DNA of 64,000 nucleotides from an uncultured Lachnospiraceae bacterium (GTDB lineage Bacteria; Bacillota; Clostridia; Lachnospirales; Lachnospiraceae): NCBI GenBank assembly GCA_947589055.1, contig CANPZL010000001.1, positions 58,697 to 122,696 of the forward strand, read 5' to 3'. Shown piece by piece: positions 63,377 to 64,000 of this stretch (position 1 is its first letter; each line of letters starts with the position of its first letter). The notes under the pieces were generated by a model. It saw only the letters and a program-made list of their open reading frames with translations, ran no database searches and was not told where the DNA came from. The position numbers and the translations under genes were made by a program.

Positions 63377-64000
63377 TTACCCGCTATAGCTCTTCCACAT
63401 TTTTTCCGCTTCTATCCGAAGCTGATCTGCCAAATGCTCCGGTTCAAGCACCTTAGCTCCGGCACCGAATTTTAAGATCCATCGAACCACCTCCGGGGTA
63501 ATCGGCGTCTGCTTTTCAAATAACAATCCACTGCTATTTTCTATCAACCGGTCTGCCCGATGGGCCTCATATTCCCTGACATAACGTCCAGTCTCCGGAT
63601 CAAACTGGATACGAAGCATTTCCGCCCCTTTCCCACTGATATAAATAAATTTATTTTCCTCTTCTTTCTGATATTTTTCCGGCATCGTGAAATGTTCTTT
63701 CATGGGCTTTACCTTTTGAATGCGGGAAAGTCGAAAAGTCCGAACCGCCTGACGCAGCTCACAATACCCCTCTACGCACAAATACTGATCCAAAACCGTC
63801 AATCGGAAAGGATGAATCACTCTCCGGGTCGTTTCGTCTGAATTCCAGCTATAATACTCAATTTCCAGCTTGATCTGTTTTTCTATAGCAGCCGTGATCA
63901 ACTGTTCAATCTCCGGCTTTACATCCTGATTCTTCCATTCGTTTTTATCTACAATACGAATGGACCGGCTAAGCTCTTCCATATGTTTTTTATTCAAATT
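63377..64000 (-). CDS. WYL-domain regulator, C-terminal part (5' end probably outside the window)
   Basis: ..IKLEIEYYSWNSDETTRRVIHPFRLTVLDQYLCVEGYCELRQAVRTFRLSRIQKV.. is a WYL domain. The track start at 63997 is a TTG at the window edge, and no N-terminal HTH is visible. Confidence 0.7.
   Translation of the reverse strand, partial: NLNKKHMEELSRSIRIVDKNEWKNQDVKPEIEQLITAAIEKQIKLEIEYYSWNSDETTRRVIHPFRLTVLDQYLCVEGYCELRQAVRTFRLSRIQKVKPMKEHFTMPEKYQKEEENKFIYISGKGAEMLRIQFDPETGRYVREYEAHRADRLIENSSGLLFEKQTPITPEVVRWILKFGAGAKVLEPEHLADQLRIEAEKMWKSYSG

Overview
The window looks like a low-GC Firmicutes (Clostridia-type) chromosome. Supporting signs are GGAGG-type ribosome binding sites, CotF-like spore coat genes, an hprK-glcK-murB-rapZ-whiA-crh block, and almost all genes on the minus strand. 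It has two parts.

(1) Positions 1 to about 13,900 hold an accessory operon for an extracellular contractile injection system (eCIS, a phage-tail-like particle). On the minus strand, in transcription order, it encodes: a DUF4157 HExxH mini-protein, a MalT-type P-loop NTPase, a wHTH+BTAD (SARP-type) regulator, an Afp15-like AAA+ ATPase, the sheath, tube 1, a tail-assembly-chaperone-like pair, tube 2, a short coiled-coil protein that may be the ruler, a LysM tube initiator, a gpD-type hub, and two baseplate-J-like proteins. The last of these runs off the left edge. No capsid, portal, terminase, integrase or lysis genes are present.

Four observations in this cluster come from my own reading of the sequence:
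- The NTPase and SARP ORFs are in the same frame, separated by a single TAG.
- An A_AAT_TTT heptamer plus a downstream stem-loop could fuse the chaperone-like ORF to the small -1 frame ORF.
- An 11-bp-periodic direct-repeat array abuts a TATAGT -10 in front of the first gene.
- There are no gp25, spike or PAAR genes at their usual place between the hub and the baseplate-J-like genes.

(2) Positions 14,000 to 64,000 are mostly housekeeping. Genes include fsa/tal, a PFK, a GH3 glycosidase, gltBD, dnaE, uvrC, hprK, glcK, murB, rapZ, whiA, a Crh-like HPr, ftsH, pyrG and ridA, plus tRNA-Thr(CGT) and tRNA-Gln(CTG). Less ordinary items are a propeller-sensor HD-GYP protein, a degenerate HD-GYP protein, a DUF2752 gene with a tandem CD225 pair, a 950-aa Sel1-repeat membrane protein, a DUF2130 protein, an AAA_14-type ATPase next to the tRNA, and an edge-truncated WYL regulator.

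All family assignments rest on motif recognition by eye. No database search was run.
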